From Octopus sinensis (taxonomy: Eukaryota), in the NCBI RefSeq assembly GCF_006345805.1, contig NC_043005.1, positions 2,046,001 to 2,110,000 on the forward strand: 64,000 nt of DNA, read 5' to 3'. Position 1 is the stretch's first letter, and each line of letters begins with the position of its first letter. A program made the translations under genes and the position numbers. Below, one piece after another: positions 11,115 to 24,180 of the stretch. Under the pieces are notes generated by a model. That model saw only the letters and a program-made list of their open reading frames with translations, was not told the DNA's origin and did no database searches.

Positions 11115-12005
11115 TAAACAGTAAAAATAATTACAGACATGGACAAGAACATGAAACACCACAGAGACGACACAAGAACCACAGGACGGGACATTCGAAG
11201 CCCTCAGTCATCAGTCAAGAACCAGATCATCTTAGCAATTTCGGCTGATTAATCTTGAGATTACTAGATCACGGCCAGCCCTCCAAGAAAAACTAAGCTG
11301 GAAGCGTAGATTTCTTGGAAGAAGGATCGAATGCATACGAACACCAGGACAGCAAAAGGGACAGATATAGAAAAAACAAAAAACAATAATGGAATACAGA
11401 AACATGAAATACAGAAGCATTAACGGTGAGAACAACAAGTGTCTTACGACTGATAACAAGCAAACAAATTTTTTCTCTGGCGCATTGGAAAAAGCCTTTA
11501 TAGCGGCGGACGAAGAACAACGATGTTAACACGACGAGGGTCAGGAGCTGAAAGGCAGATTTCGGCAACAGTCACGTGACAGAGAAGAGAGAGAGAGAAA
11601 AGGGGGACAAAACGCAACAAAGAGAGAGAGAGAGAGAAAGAAGGAATCAGAGAGGAAGGGATGGGTGTCGAAGAATGACCTGTGAGTGCAGAGCGAGACA
11701 AAGAAATAGGAGGGTAGTGGAAGACTAGACCAAAGGATCAGAGGAAAGAGAAGATGAATAGAGAGAAAGTAAAAATGAGAGAGAGAGAGAGACAAACAGA
11801 GAGTCGTACCAATTATTAAGAATATGTGTTCACATTAATGATAAAGGGGGTACGGGGCGCCTGGAATATATGTTAAGGTATGTAGAAAAATACAACATGG
11901 ACAAGAACGTATAACTCATAGAAGACGATACAATAAACATGGACAGGACATTCGAACCCCTCAGTCTTCAGTCAAGAACCGGATCATCGTAGTAATTTCG
12001 GCTGA
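11115..12005. mobile_element. Two diverged direct copies of a Penelope-like terminal repeat (~11120-11250, ~11890-12005)
   Basis: Shared catggacaagaac...gacattcgaa.ccctcagtc.tcagtcaagaacc.gatcatc.tag.aatttcggctga. Family assignment is inferred. Confidence 0.4.
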
Positions 12006-12305
12006 AATTATATATATATATACGCACATATATATAATGTGTGTGTGCGTGCGTATATATATATATACATATATACATGTACATATCTGCGTATATAATA
12101 CATGAACTACATATACATACATATGCACATGTAAATATATATATATATGCGTATGTATATATACATCTGCATACATACATACATACATACATACACACAC
12201 ACATATATATATATATATGTATATACGGAATGCATGTGCGCGCCGGTTTCATACCCACTCATACACGCACACACACACACGCACGCACACACACACACAC
12301 GCACG

Positions 12306-12348
<43 letters not shown>

Positions 12349-12734
12349 GAACGCGCTCACACACAATCACACACAGACAGAAACAGCGCACACAAAAACA
12401 ATTTATCATCTTCTTTGGTAATGTCATATATTTTAAAGTTTAGGATTTGTCTTCCTCCTTTATCTTCTAATTTTCGCCTCTTTACCGGCAGAAGGCAATT
12501 ATTTATAATGACTTGCTTTGCTTCAAGCGTGTTGTCTGTCATCTCTGGCATCCACCTGTTCCCCTATTAGTCAGTGTTAGATGCTGTAGAGCTGGAGCAA
12601 CTTCCTGCTGCCACCGAGTTTTGAATCGATCTTGAATCGATGTTGCCATCCGTTCAAACTTTTTGAAGGAAGTTTGGGGCGTCGGAAGAAATGCGAGAGC
12701 CTATTCTGGCTTCATTCTTCTGTTATTTGACTAT

Positions 12735-12796
<62 letters not shown>

Positions 12797-12829
12797 GGCG
12801 GGCGGAATTTGAACTGAGAACGTAAATTA

Positions 12830-13070
12830 TTGTTGGTTCCTAGAGAACGGCATCAGATGGCGTGAAGAGGAAGATAAGGAAATCGGAATGGAGTGCCCAG
12901 TGGAACTATTACAAAAGGTTTGCCTCTTTGGCATGGCCAGAATAATCAGGAAATATTGGATAGTTGATAAAAAGAGGTAGCATGGTACGGCAGGTTGCGG
13001 GCAGTAAGTAACGTTACGCATGCAAGACTCTAAGAGTTTCAACAAAACCTGAGTAGATAATAATGACAAT
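12830..13070 (+). mobile_element. R4/Dong-like 3' end
   Basis: ELLQKVCLFGMARIIRK-like RLE C-terminus followed by a 3' UTR running into (AAT)n. Confidence 0.65.
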
Positions 13071-13073
13071 AAC

Positions 13074-13218
<145 letters not shown>

Positions 13219-13230
13219 TAATAATAATAA

Positions 13231-14185
13231 AGCGCACGAGCAATTGGCTGATAGGTGGGAGGAGAAACCTCTGCACGGCAAATATGTGGCCTGCAGCAAA
13301 CAAGCTGATGTTGACCAGAAGCAAACCCATCAGTGGCTACGGAGCTCAGGGCTAAAAGCAGAGAGCGAAGGTTTCATCCTGGCTGCTCAAGATCAAAGCC
13401 TATTAACCCGGAACTACCAGGCCAATGTGATGAAAAATGGAGCAGACCCAAAATGCCGATTCTGCAACGACATGATTGAAACAGTGGACCATCTAATCTC
13501 TGGATGTAAAGTCTTAGCACCAGAGGAGTATGAATTAAGACATGACAGAGTTGGCCAATATCTCCACTGGCTAATAAGTCGGCATTACAATATCAAAACT
13601 GCCGACAAGTGGTATAATCACCACCCTGAGGCTGTAACTGAAGGAGAAAATGTAACCATTCTGTGGGACTTTCCAGTACATACAGACCGAACCATCAAGG
13701 CCAATAAACCAGATATTGTTGTGGAAGACCAAAACAATAAAGTTTGTTTATTGATCGACATGAGCATCCCCTGTGATCATAATATCTTGGCGAAAGAGTT
13801 TGACAAGCTCAGAAAATATAAAGACCTGCTCATTGAAATTGAGAAAATGTGGCATCTCAAGGTGGTTACAATACCAGTGATCGTAGGAGCATTAGGAATG
13901 ATCAAGAAGGGAACCGAAAATTATATGAGAATGATCCCTGGCTTACCATCCCTGCAAGAAGTGCAAAAGATTGTCTTAACTGGTACATCACACGTATTGA
14001 GAAGAGCATTGTCGACGTGAGAACTATTACTACCCATGTATTTTAATTCAACTTAAAAAATAAAAAAATTGAACGAACTAGTGAGTTAGTTTAATGGCCT
14101 ACCAATGTATACTATGAGTTTCTTTGCCCTAGGAGTCGGGAAGGCACTCGGCAAGAAATGGAAGCAAATTTGAAAGAAAAAAAGG
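13231..14185 (+). mobile_element. Young 5'-truncated R4/Dong-like LINE (CCHC knuckle + PD-(D/E)xK endonuclease), copy 1
   Basis: Uninterrupted ORF 13244-14020: GFILAAQDQSL, CRFC...HLISGC, RHDRVG, NKPDIVV, LLIDMSIP, KYKDL, IPVIVGALG. Both ends lie in (AAT)n. Confidence 0.92.
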
Positions 14186-14226
14186 ATAATAATAATAATA
14201 ATAATAATAATAATATAATAATAATA

Positions 14227-14259
<33 letters not shown>

Positions 14260-14260
<1 letters not shown>

Positions 14261-14580
14261 GACTGAGAAATACCAGCTACTGCGGGACGAGATAGGAAAG
14301 TTATGGGACATGAGGAAAGTAATGGTGATACCAGTCGTAATTGGAGCATTAGGAACAGTTTCCAAGGGCTTTGAAAAACATATTAAGAAAATTGGAGCTG
14401 CTGTCAGGCTCCAAGGGATCCAGAAGACAGCATTGTTTTGTACAGCTCGCATTCTACGGAGAGTATCGTCTCTTCGAGTCAGAGGAGAAGGGACTACTTG
14501 AAACCTTTAGTGATTTATGATTGTTTGCTTTTAAGTAAAGAATAACCGGTAATTAAGAGCTATCTGAGGGCTTTCAGAAT
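14260..14580 (+). mobile_element. Short 3' end of a second R4/Dong-like family, copy 1
   Basis: EKYQLLRDEIGKLWDMRKVMVIPVVIGALG...ALFCTARILRRV. Flanked by (AAT)n. Confidence 0.85.
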
Positions 14581-14685
14581 AGCAATAATAATAGCAATAA
14601 CAACAACAACAACAATAATAATAATAATAATAATAATTATAATAATATAATAATATAATAATAATAATAATGATAATAATAATAA

Positions 14686-15664
14686 AGCGCACGAGCAATT
14701 GGCTGATAGGTGGGAGGAGAAACCTCTGCACGGCAAATATGTGGCCTGCAGCAACAAGCTGATGTTGACCAGAAGCAAACCCATCAGTGGCTACGGAGCT
14801 CAGGGCTAAAAGCAGAGAGCGAAGGTTTCATCCTGGCTGCTCAAGATCAAGCCTATTAACCCGGAACTACCAGGCCAATGTGATGAAAAATGGAGCAGAC
14901 CCAAAATGCCGATTCTGCAACGACATGATTGAAACAGTGGACCATCTAATCTCTGGATGTAAAGTCTTAGCACCAGAGGAGTATGAATTAAGACATGACA
15001 GAGTTGGCCAATATCTCCACTGGCTAATAAGTCGGCATTACAATATCAAAACTGCCGACAAGTGGTATAATCACCACCCTGAGGCTGTAACTGAAGGAGA
15101 AAATGTAACCATTCTGTGGGACTTTCCAGTACATACAGACCGAACCATCAAGCCAATAACCAGATATTGTTGTGGAAGACCAAAACAATAAAGTTTGTTT
15201 ATTGATCGACATGAGCATCCCCTGTGATCATAATATCTTGGCGAAAGAGTTTGACAAGCTCAGAAAATATAAAGACCTGCTCATTGAAATTGAGAAAATG
15301 TGGCATCTCAAGGTGGTTACAATACCAGTGATCGTAGGAGCATTAGGAATGATCAAGAAGGGAACCGAAAATTATATGAGAATGATCCCTGGCTTACCAT
15401 CCCTGCAAGAAGTGCAAAAGATTGTCTTAACTGGTACATCACACGTATTGAGAAGAGCATTGTCGACGTGAGAACTATTACTACCCATGTATTTTAATTC
15501 AACTTAAAAAATAAAAAAATTGAACGAACTAGTGAGTTTAGTTTAATGGCCTACCAATGTATACTATGAGTTTCTTTGCCCTAGGAGTCGGGAAGGCACT
15601 CGGCAAGAAATGGAAGCAAATTTGAAAGAAAAAAAGGATAATAATAATAATAATAATAATAATA

Positions 15665-15710
<46 letters not shown>

Positions 15711-16030
15711 GACTGAGAAATACCAGCTACTGCGGGACGAGATAGGAAAGTTATGGGACATGAGGAAAGTAATGGTGATACCAGTCGTAATTGGAGCATT
15801 AGGAACAGTTTCCAAGGGCTTTGAAAAACATATTAAGAAAATTGGAGCTGCTGTCAGGCTCCAAGGGATCCAGAAGACAGCATTGTTTTGTACAGCTCGC
15901 ATTCTACGGAGAGTATCGTCTCTTCGAGTCAGAGGAGAAGGGACTACTTGAAACCTTTAGTGATTTATGATTGTTTGCTTTTAAGTAAAGAATAACCGGT
16001 AATTAAGAGCTATCTGAGGGCTTTCAGAAT
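14686..16030 (+). repeat. Near-identical tandem duplicate of 13231-14580 (both LINE pieces)
   Basis: Offset 1450-1455 bp. The differences I saw are 1-bp homopolymer indels that frameshift the ORF (14787-15191, 15172-15471). Confidence 0.92.
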
Positions 16031-16087
16031 AGCAATAATAATAGCAATAACAACAACAACAACAATAATAATAATAATAATAATAAT

Positions 16088-16198
<111 letters not shown>

Positions 16199-16199
16199 C

Positions 16200-18896
16200 A
16201 TAAAGGTCACCGGGAGCGTTTAACATGTGAGACAACAAATGGAGCCTAAAATAATTGACAAAGTGTTGGACTATATCCGAGTAAGTAATAACTCATTAAA
16301 ATTTATTTCTATTTATTTCTATTTTCCAAATGAAACGATGTACTTCAACTTTGTATCAGCAGCACTCGCATAACACGTGTAAACACGTTCGCCACATTAC
16401 GATCCAATCAACATCAGACCATCTCCGTCCACAGTCGAAATGCACAAAAAAGGAAAAATAAATTAAATCATACTCGTATTATTCAACCCAAGGATAACAA
16501 ACGGGAAGTACGTACTTTAAACTTGTTACACAAAAAGTACGAAAACTACTCGTGCAAAATTCATTGAACACCAGAAATGAACAGACCGGTACCCTCCGAA
16601 AATGATGACGATCAACATAAAGGGCCGGACGTTATTCCTCATGTCTCGCAAATAAAATCAAAAAAGCATAAATATACACGTGGAGAATATATTTCAATCC
16701 TACACACTTATTTTACTGCAGTGCTCTACACAGAACGGAAAGACAACATACATATATATATATATATATAAACTATCTGGAAGAAAAATTACCTACATAA
16801 AGATTTGGATACACTAATGAGCCCTAATAAACTAGCTAACATATTGAGATATATTCTCAAAACAAACAAACAAAAATATCAGAAATAGAAACAGAACACT
16901 TAACAGGAAATACACGTCAGGCAAACGTAGATAGTAAGCACACAATATCATATGATAAGTGGTGGGACTGTAAAACACGAAGACAGAAGTAGCATTTCCA
17001 ACAAAAACGAAGTAAACAACGAAAGACAACAAACGCAGACCAAAGAAATGTACAATGATGGGCAAAATGCACCAAAGCAGAACACCACGGACAAAAATAT
17101 AAACGGGGTGGGGGGTGGGGATACGAAACAAATCTAAAATTTGGAAACAATAAAGGTGGAACTAATGATTATGATACTCTGAAAATGAGCATAATCAAAG
17201 AATTGAAAGCCATAGATCTCAGTATGGACCACCGATTGGACCTCGGAAAAATCAAAATTGATAATAGAACATCAATAATAAATGGTATGAAACGGGCTGC
17301 TACAGAAACAAATGTTAATTTGACCATGCTACAATGATATGATATATGCAGCAGTTTCTGGGGCCACAAGAGAAGCTGGATATCCCCTCAAACCCATCCA
17401 AACAGGAGTATCACCACCCAAACAAACCCTGTGGATAAATAATATACAGAAAAATAAGAGAAGGGTTCAGTCAATCCTTAATGAAATCAGTAGACAATGA
17501 ACACTAATAAGCAACAAGAAGAGAAAAAAATACTACATAAATAGAAAATTACAGAACAAAGTATACCCGAGGTAAAAGAACAACTAAAGCAAGATATCTT
17601 CACCAAAGCACAAAGAATCCGCCGTTATGAGAAACACCAACGTTTCTTTGAAGAAAACGATCAGTCCAGCTCCAACCCCAAAAGATTCTATTAAGAATTT
17701 GGCAAAATTAAAATAGAGATCAATGCAGCACCATCAGCAGAAGTGGAAGAATTTTAGAAAGAAATATGGTCGGCGAAAGAACAACCTCAGAAAAGGTGTG
17801 TCAAAACAACAAATATAGCAACACAGCACCTGAACAACTCTGGACCCTTATAACACCTGAAGACGTCAACCAGGCATTGCAAAGACTAAGCAACTGGAAG
17901 GCACCGGACACGACAAGATCCCCAACTTTTGGTCAAAATACCTGACAGGAACACATAAAAAGCTGGCTGAGAATTTTAATGACATACTAGCAGAGCCAGA
18001 GGAGATGATTGAATGGCTCATGGAAGGGAAAAACTATCCTAATTCCCAAATCCACTGAAACGGCTACTCCACAACATTACAGACCGATGACTTGTCTCTC
18101 AACAATTTACAAAGTCTTTACTGCAGTAATATCAATTTTGGAGAGCCACTGAAGATGTACGTGGACAGAATCCTGGACTTTGCTAAAAAAGGGGCAATTA
18201 AAAAATAGAAACAGAGGGCTTAATTGTAGCAGCCCAAGAGCTGCAACAAACAACTTACGAAAAAATATATGGAGAGAATGTGTCAGAAAAATGTAGAGCT
18301 TGTGGAACCTGGAATGAGACAGTGGCACAGATTGTGACGGAATGCCCCAAGTTGGCACAGGAAGAGTAGAAGAAATGGAGGCACGACCAGGTTTTAAAAG
18401 TTTTACACAGGAATCTGTGCCAGAAATGGGGATTTGAAGCTAGAAATACATGGTACAATAATCGAATCGAAAGAGTACTGGAGTTGGAAAAATTAATCGA
18501 CAGGACATAATAATTAAAGATAAAGAAAAGTGGAGTTGCTTGGTGATCGATGCATCATGTCCGTTCGATTTCAGGATTATAAAGAAAGAAGAGGAAAACC
18601 AAAAAACAAAAAAAAACAATACTCTTAACATTTGAAATAGGAAGAATTGATGCGTTGGTAAGAGTAAGCAAAGATATAGGTAAATGGCTGAAGGAGGTTG
18701 GGAGAGAATGCTCTGTAGGGCTTCTACAGAAAATTTGTTTCTTAGGGATAGCAAGGATTATCAGGAAGGTTCTAAGCACTTGAAAGACTGCTGAAAACTT
18801 GTGGATACCTAAGGTTATGAGTAGTAAGCCGCTACCCACATAAATCCTACCAGGAACAAGGCCGAACCTGAGTCAAACCAAAATAATAGTAAGAGC

Positions 18897-18897
<1 letters not shown>
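16200..18897 (+). mobile_element. Old, near-full-length but internally deleted R4/Dong-like LINE
   Basis: N-terminal KKHKYTRGEYISILHTYF. RT start NYRPMTCLSTIYKVFTAVI (~18075-18130) jumps to AAQE..CRACGTWNETVAQIVTECP..RHDQV, then RLE remnants. Tail gccgaacctgagtcaaaccaaaataatagtaag followed by (AAT/GAT)n. Confidence 0.75.
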
Positions 18898-18943
<46 letters not shown>

Positions 18944-18945
18944 TA

Positions 18946-19016
<71 letters not shown>

Positions 19017-19224
19017 AATAATAATAATAATAATGATGATGATGATGATGATGATAATAATAATAATAATAGCTAAACAGTTGAAATAGCCAAAACTCAT
19101 TTCATATAATTGTGAATTCCGTGTGTTAAAGAGTGGTAGACACCTCTTCTTGGGAGTTCTCTACTATCCGACTTGTCTTTACGTTGGGGTCTGTTAGCCC
19201 CATTCTACTTCGTTTTATGGTGAA

Positions 19225-19525
19225 AACGCTTGGCTTAGTGGTTAGGGTATTCAGCTTATGATCGTTAGGTTGCGAGTTCGATTCCTGGCGGCACTTTGTC
19301 TCCGTGAGGAAGGAAGACACTTTATTTCACATTGCTCTTGTTCACCTAGCTGGCAAAAATGAGTTGTACCTGTAATTAAAAGGGTCAGCCTTGTCACACT
19401 CTGTTTCACGCTGAATCTCCTTGAGAACCACGTGTCTGTGAATTGCCCAGCCACTTACACGTTAGTTTCACGAGCAGGCCGGGATGTTGATAGGTCAGCC
19501 GGAACACTCGTCGTCGTAACTGACG
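19225..19525 (+). mobile_element. tRNA-derived SINE family C
   Basis: A-box tggcttagtggtt and B-box gagttcgattcc, followed by a CORE-like aagacactttatttcacattgctc...cacctagctggc domain. Confidence 0.7.
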
Positions 19526-20499
19526 GAGGACCACAACTTCTTTTTATGTTCCTCTTGTTTTTGTCCAGGCTTTACCTTGTCCTGAAACCTTCAAGACTAT
19601 GGTGGGCGAATGCTGCCAGGATCCTCCTCTGCCTTGGTTCCTTGCTGCTTTACTATCGACTTCATACAATGTTTCTTCATATTTATATTTTAGTTTCTAT
19701 TTTATTTAATGACTTCTTATAAAGCCTTGGATAAATATTTCCTGTCAACTGACCTCTGGTCAGCGATCTCTGTACCATAAATGATGGCGGAATATTTACT
19801 AAAGTCTTTAACGAGAGTCATAGGAGTAGCGAAAGCTATTGAAATTCACCAACATAAACTGACTGAAATATTAACATAAATATTAAGAATAGAGAAGATA
19901 ATTATGTTGCAGAATGTCAGTAGAAGATCAGCGACGTTCTTTGTTGAATAGTCCGCAGTCATCACAAGATAGCAATTACTTTAAAATCTACAATGCAAAT
20001 AAAATATGTTAATATTTTCACGGATTATAATTGAATATATAAGTAAATAAGATGCAGGTGAAACGATACAAACAGACGTGAATTCGTGATATGAGTTGAA
20101 ATATTTAATAAAGCTACAGATTTATCGCTTAAGATGTACTAAATTTATATTCCGACGCATACAGCGGTAAATATTGAACAAGAATTATGTAAAAGCCGTG
20201 AAACAATGCATTTGTCTGATGATTATCAAAATTAACGTCCCCGGGAGCTACATTATTAGACCAGCTGAGAATTGAAGATGCGGCCTATTTGAATGATTTA
20301 ATATGCAATAATAATGGAGTGGCACTAAGGGGCATTCGGTAAAATTGATTTAGGCTTTATAATGTAAGTTGATGGCATAGAACCATTTTATATGGAAGTA
20401 AAATGACGCCATCAGGTCTCAGAAATACTTTAAAACAAATAACCACACACACACACACACACACACACATATGCATAGAAACGCACTCGTACATATGTA

Positions 20500-20532
<33 letters not shown>

Positions 20533-20599
20533 TACATATATACATAGACATACATATATACATACATATATATAGATATACTTATATGTATACATGCAA

Positions 20600-21545
20600 A
20601 GCGCCCATAAATTATGAAAAAAGATCAGAACAGTTCCACAGAGGAATGTTACAGGTACATAAGGGTGGATGAAAACATATCTTACAATGGCACCAGTAAC
20701 AAGACACGTGTCACTAAATATTACAGCAGGATAAAGAGAATAGGGATCTTGGAACTCTCTGTAGTCAATAAAACTGTGGCCCACAATGTGTTTGCAGTGC
20801 CAATACTTATACTAATATTTGAGTTGCTTGATTGGACGCTTGATGAAGTAAACCCCGCAAGGTAATAACCAGCACACGTAATTTGCGCATCAACAGTGGC
20901 GTAGACTGCTTCTACCTAAAATGAAAAGAAGGCGGTTGGGAAATAACATCAATCCATGCTGCCTTTGAATGTCGTATAATATCCCTTTGGCAACATCTTT
21001 TAACCACCAAGTTTCAAAGTGCATTCCTTGACCATGTCTGCATACAGCACAGGCTGGTAACATTATGAGACTTGGGAAGTTGCTCCTTGAGCAGCATTCT
21101 TTGTCTGATAAACTTAAATGCATGCCCAAAGAAGTCGCATGATTGCCGCAATGTATCATTAGGTGAAAGGATGAGCATATTTGAGCAGAGGGCAATGCAT
21201 GGATATGTTAGTAGAAAGATCTGGGATGATAGTAGCATCAAAGGTAGTCTATCATGGGCCAGCAACTGGATTACTAACTCCCACTTTGAAGGGTATGCGT
21301 TTGCCATCCAGGAACAAGAAATATCAAACAAGTACCTGATGCACAAAAGAAACATAGACGCAGGAAGAGCAGCAAAATGTGATAATCGATGTAGACTCTG
21401 TGGAGTTAACATCGAAGATATCACCCACATCATAAGCAGTGTGTCCGAAAATGTCTTCACAGTAATTCCTACCAATTAGACATTATGTTGTCGCTAAGAC
21501 ACTGTACAATGAGATCCGTCGGAAGGATAACCACGAGGCCAAAGA
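20600..21545 (+). mobile_element. Degenerate R4/Dong-like fragment (RT C-terminus to zinc knuckle)
   Basis: YRYIRVDENI...NKTVAHNVFAVPIL; FAIQEQEISNKY...CRLCGVNIEDITHIISS. Confidence 0.75.
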
Positions 21546-21818
21546 AATAGAGTGTGTTTCTTTTTCGGACATATGAACTACGGACGATATAAATATAAAT
21601 ATAAATATAAATAAATAAATAACACGGAATTTTGCCAGTGAGCAGGTCGCGGTTTCAAAGCGACGAAAATATTTTGACAAATTAAATTTAAATGTTGAAA
21701 TGAATCTAACGGTTTTTGTGTATTTCTTAAATGGCTTATAAACACCTTCCATGCTGCAATTGTTTTCGTTCCAGCAAACGATCTCAGATCAGGTCACTTG
21801 CTATGCAAGTACATCTCC

Positions 21819-21861
<43 letters not shown>

Positions 21862-22439
21862 GTGAATGAAACGAGACTGTTTTCCAAAATGGAGGTGAAC
21901 AACTTTCTACATGTGATCGGCTTGAAAAATTGTTAAGATACTAGGATATTTTAACTCTTTAACTTGGACGTTCGACCTGCTAGTAATAGCTGTCAAATCT
22001 CTTTAAGGAAATACACAAACGATCTGAAGTTTAAAGAAGAGAGAAAGGACTGATAGTCATACATTTAATGATTAATCAAAGATTTTGGTTTGAAACTGCT
22101 TGAGATCGAAAGGCGGGGCGGGGTGGGGGTTAGGAGAAATCTTTTGATGAAGGTTTCTTTTTAAAACTACCTGAAGTCTAATTCTAGTCGCTCCGAAGGA
22201 AAGCCTTGAAACCATTGAAGAAACAAAAAACGATATTATTACTGCCATCAGGACGATAGTGATGATGATAAAAATCATGATGATTATCACCATTAGCCTC
22301 CCTATCATAACCACAATCATCATCATCGACAACACGATTCAACCAGCGTCTTACTAATTATACCTGCAGTTGATTCCTACCTGACTCTTTAATCTAACAA
22401 ACTACACGTTCTCTCTGTTGGAGCTGGTTACTATGGAAA

Positions 22440-22540
22440 CTAATCTAATAACGCACTTATTTTATATGTTGTTGTTGTTGTTGGGGTTGTTTATAGTAAT
22501 GCAATTATTGCTTGCGATGTTGCTGCTGCTGCTGCTACTA

Positions 22541-22579
<39 letters not shown>

Positions 22580-22790
22580 ATGTATTTTCTTATAGGCTTT
22601 AGTGATGATGTTAATGATGACTTGTTGTTGCTGTTGTTGTCGTTGTTGGAGGTGGTGGTGGTGGTGGTGGTGGTGGTGGTGGGGATATTAATTTCAGTCT
22701 CGGCTGCAAGTGAGGTCGATGATATTCGTTGAAATTATTCTAGTATTTCTGCAGTTGTTGCTGTTGATGATGATGATGATGACGAATTTC
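22440..22790. repeat. Mixed trinucleotide low-complexity tract (TTG/CTG/GTG/ATG)n
   Basis: Direct inspection. Confidence 0.85.
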
Positions 22791-23056
22791 TTTTATATAA
22801 ATAGCGACGATTGTTATATAAAATACAGACTGACAACTGTATTATTAACCTATGATGAATACGAGGTGTGTGTGTGCGGGGGGGGGGGAGATGTTCCTAA
22901 CAACACAAAAAGACAGGAAAACAGCATTCAACAGAAATGGAGTCGCTTCACTTTTAATGTATGAATCCCGTGTTTTGCACCCATTTCGAAATCTACCGTT
23001 ATCAAATAGAAATGTGATAATATTGGGTCCAAATTTTGACACAAAGCCATCAATTT

Positions 23057-23240
23057 CGGGGGAGGGAGTAAGTCGATTACATCGACCCCCTAGTGCTTAT
23101 CTGGTACGTATTTTATGGACCCCGAAAGGATGAAAAGCAAAGTCGACACCGACAGGATTTGAAAACAGAACGTAAAGACGACCGAGATGCCACAAAGCAT
23201 TTTGCACAGTGCCGTAACGAATCTGCCAGCTCGCCGCCCC
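23057..23240 (-). mobile_element. SINE family A copy
   Basis: Reverse complement begins gggcggcgagctggcagattcgttacggcac and matches the 5751 copies. Confidence 0.8.
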
Positions 23241-23434
23241 TGGCGCAGCGGCACACATGCATCGGATTGCGTAGTGTGATAGAGTGACACTTAGAGTCGT
23301 TACAAGAATTTCCTATTCCCAAGGATCATTGCTTGCTGCTGCAAAACCGTGATTCTTTCGAATTTTCCAAAATTATCTTTCGTTATTTCTTTCAGTTTCT
23401 ATTGCCGGAGTCGTTTGCTCCAAACTGTTCCGTC

Positions 23435-23471
<37 letters not shown>

Positions 23472-24180
23472 GATGGCCGTTGGAATTGTGAGGATGGTTT
23501 TGTTAAGAATTTTCAACCCTTGTTGGAAATTAGTTGTTGTTGTTCCGCTTCCCCCGAATAAACTGATTGCTATGAGACAGACAAATGGTAAGATGAAGAA
23601 TACTAAGAATGTTGCTCGCATGGATCTAATTACAGTGTGGCATATTCTTCTGAGATTCATATTTAATCTTCTGGTCCTTGTTTTACTGAAACCCGGTTGC
23701 TTCATCAATGAGATTTAATGGTGTTTTATCTCAGTCGGAGAAAGAATAACAGCAGTTTTGACCTTTTCAGGGTCTAAAGAAGTGCTAGAAGGAAGACAAG
23801 AAGTTCTTAACTAACTGGAGACTTGATCTTAATGTATCACACAGGGTGAACACCCTTTAAAAACATCAATAGACCAGGTGGTGGTGTTACATAGGACAAT
23901 GGATTAAGTCTAGCATCGAAGAAAAGAACTGAAATGCATTCCCGTCGCGACCGTCCTCCTTTGGTTGATCTGAGTCTATGGTAGAAAACATTGGTCCCGA
24001 GTGCCATGCAGTGGGAAAGAAGTAGAAACTTTGGAGATAGGAAGCGAATATTTTAATCCTCCGTCAATGACTGATTTTTAATTGTACAAGTGTCATATGC
24101 TTTACTCTACAGCTGTTTCCACGACTTTAGTATAAATATTATCAACTATTTAATGATTGAAAAATTAATAGATAATTATT

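Noticed and set aside
12480-12720. Minus-frame SLNGWQHRFK resembling a pogo/CENP-B HTH
   Set aside because: A single short motif among stops, with no TIRs or DDE domain seen.
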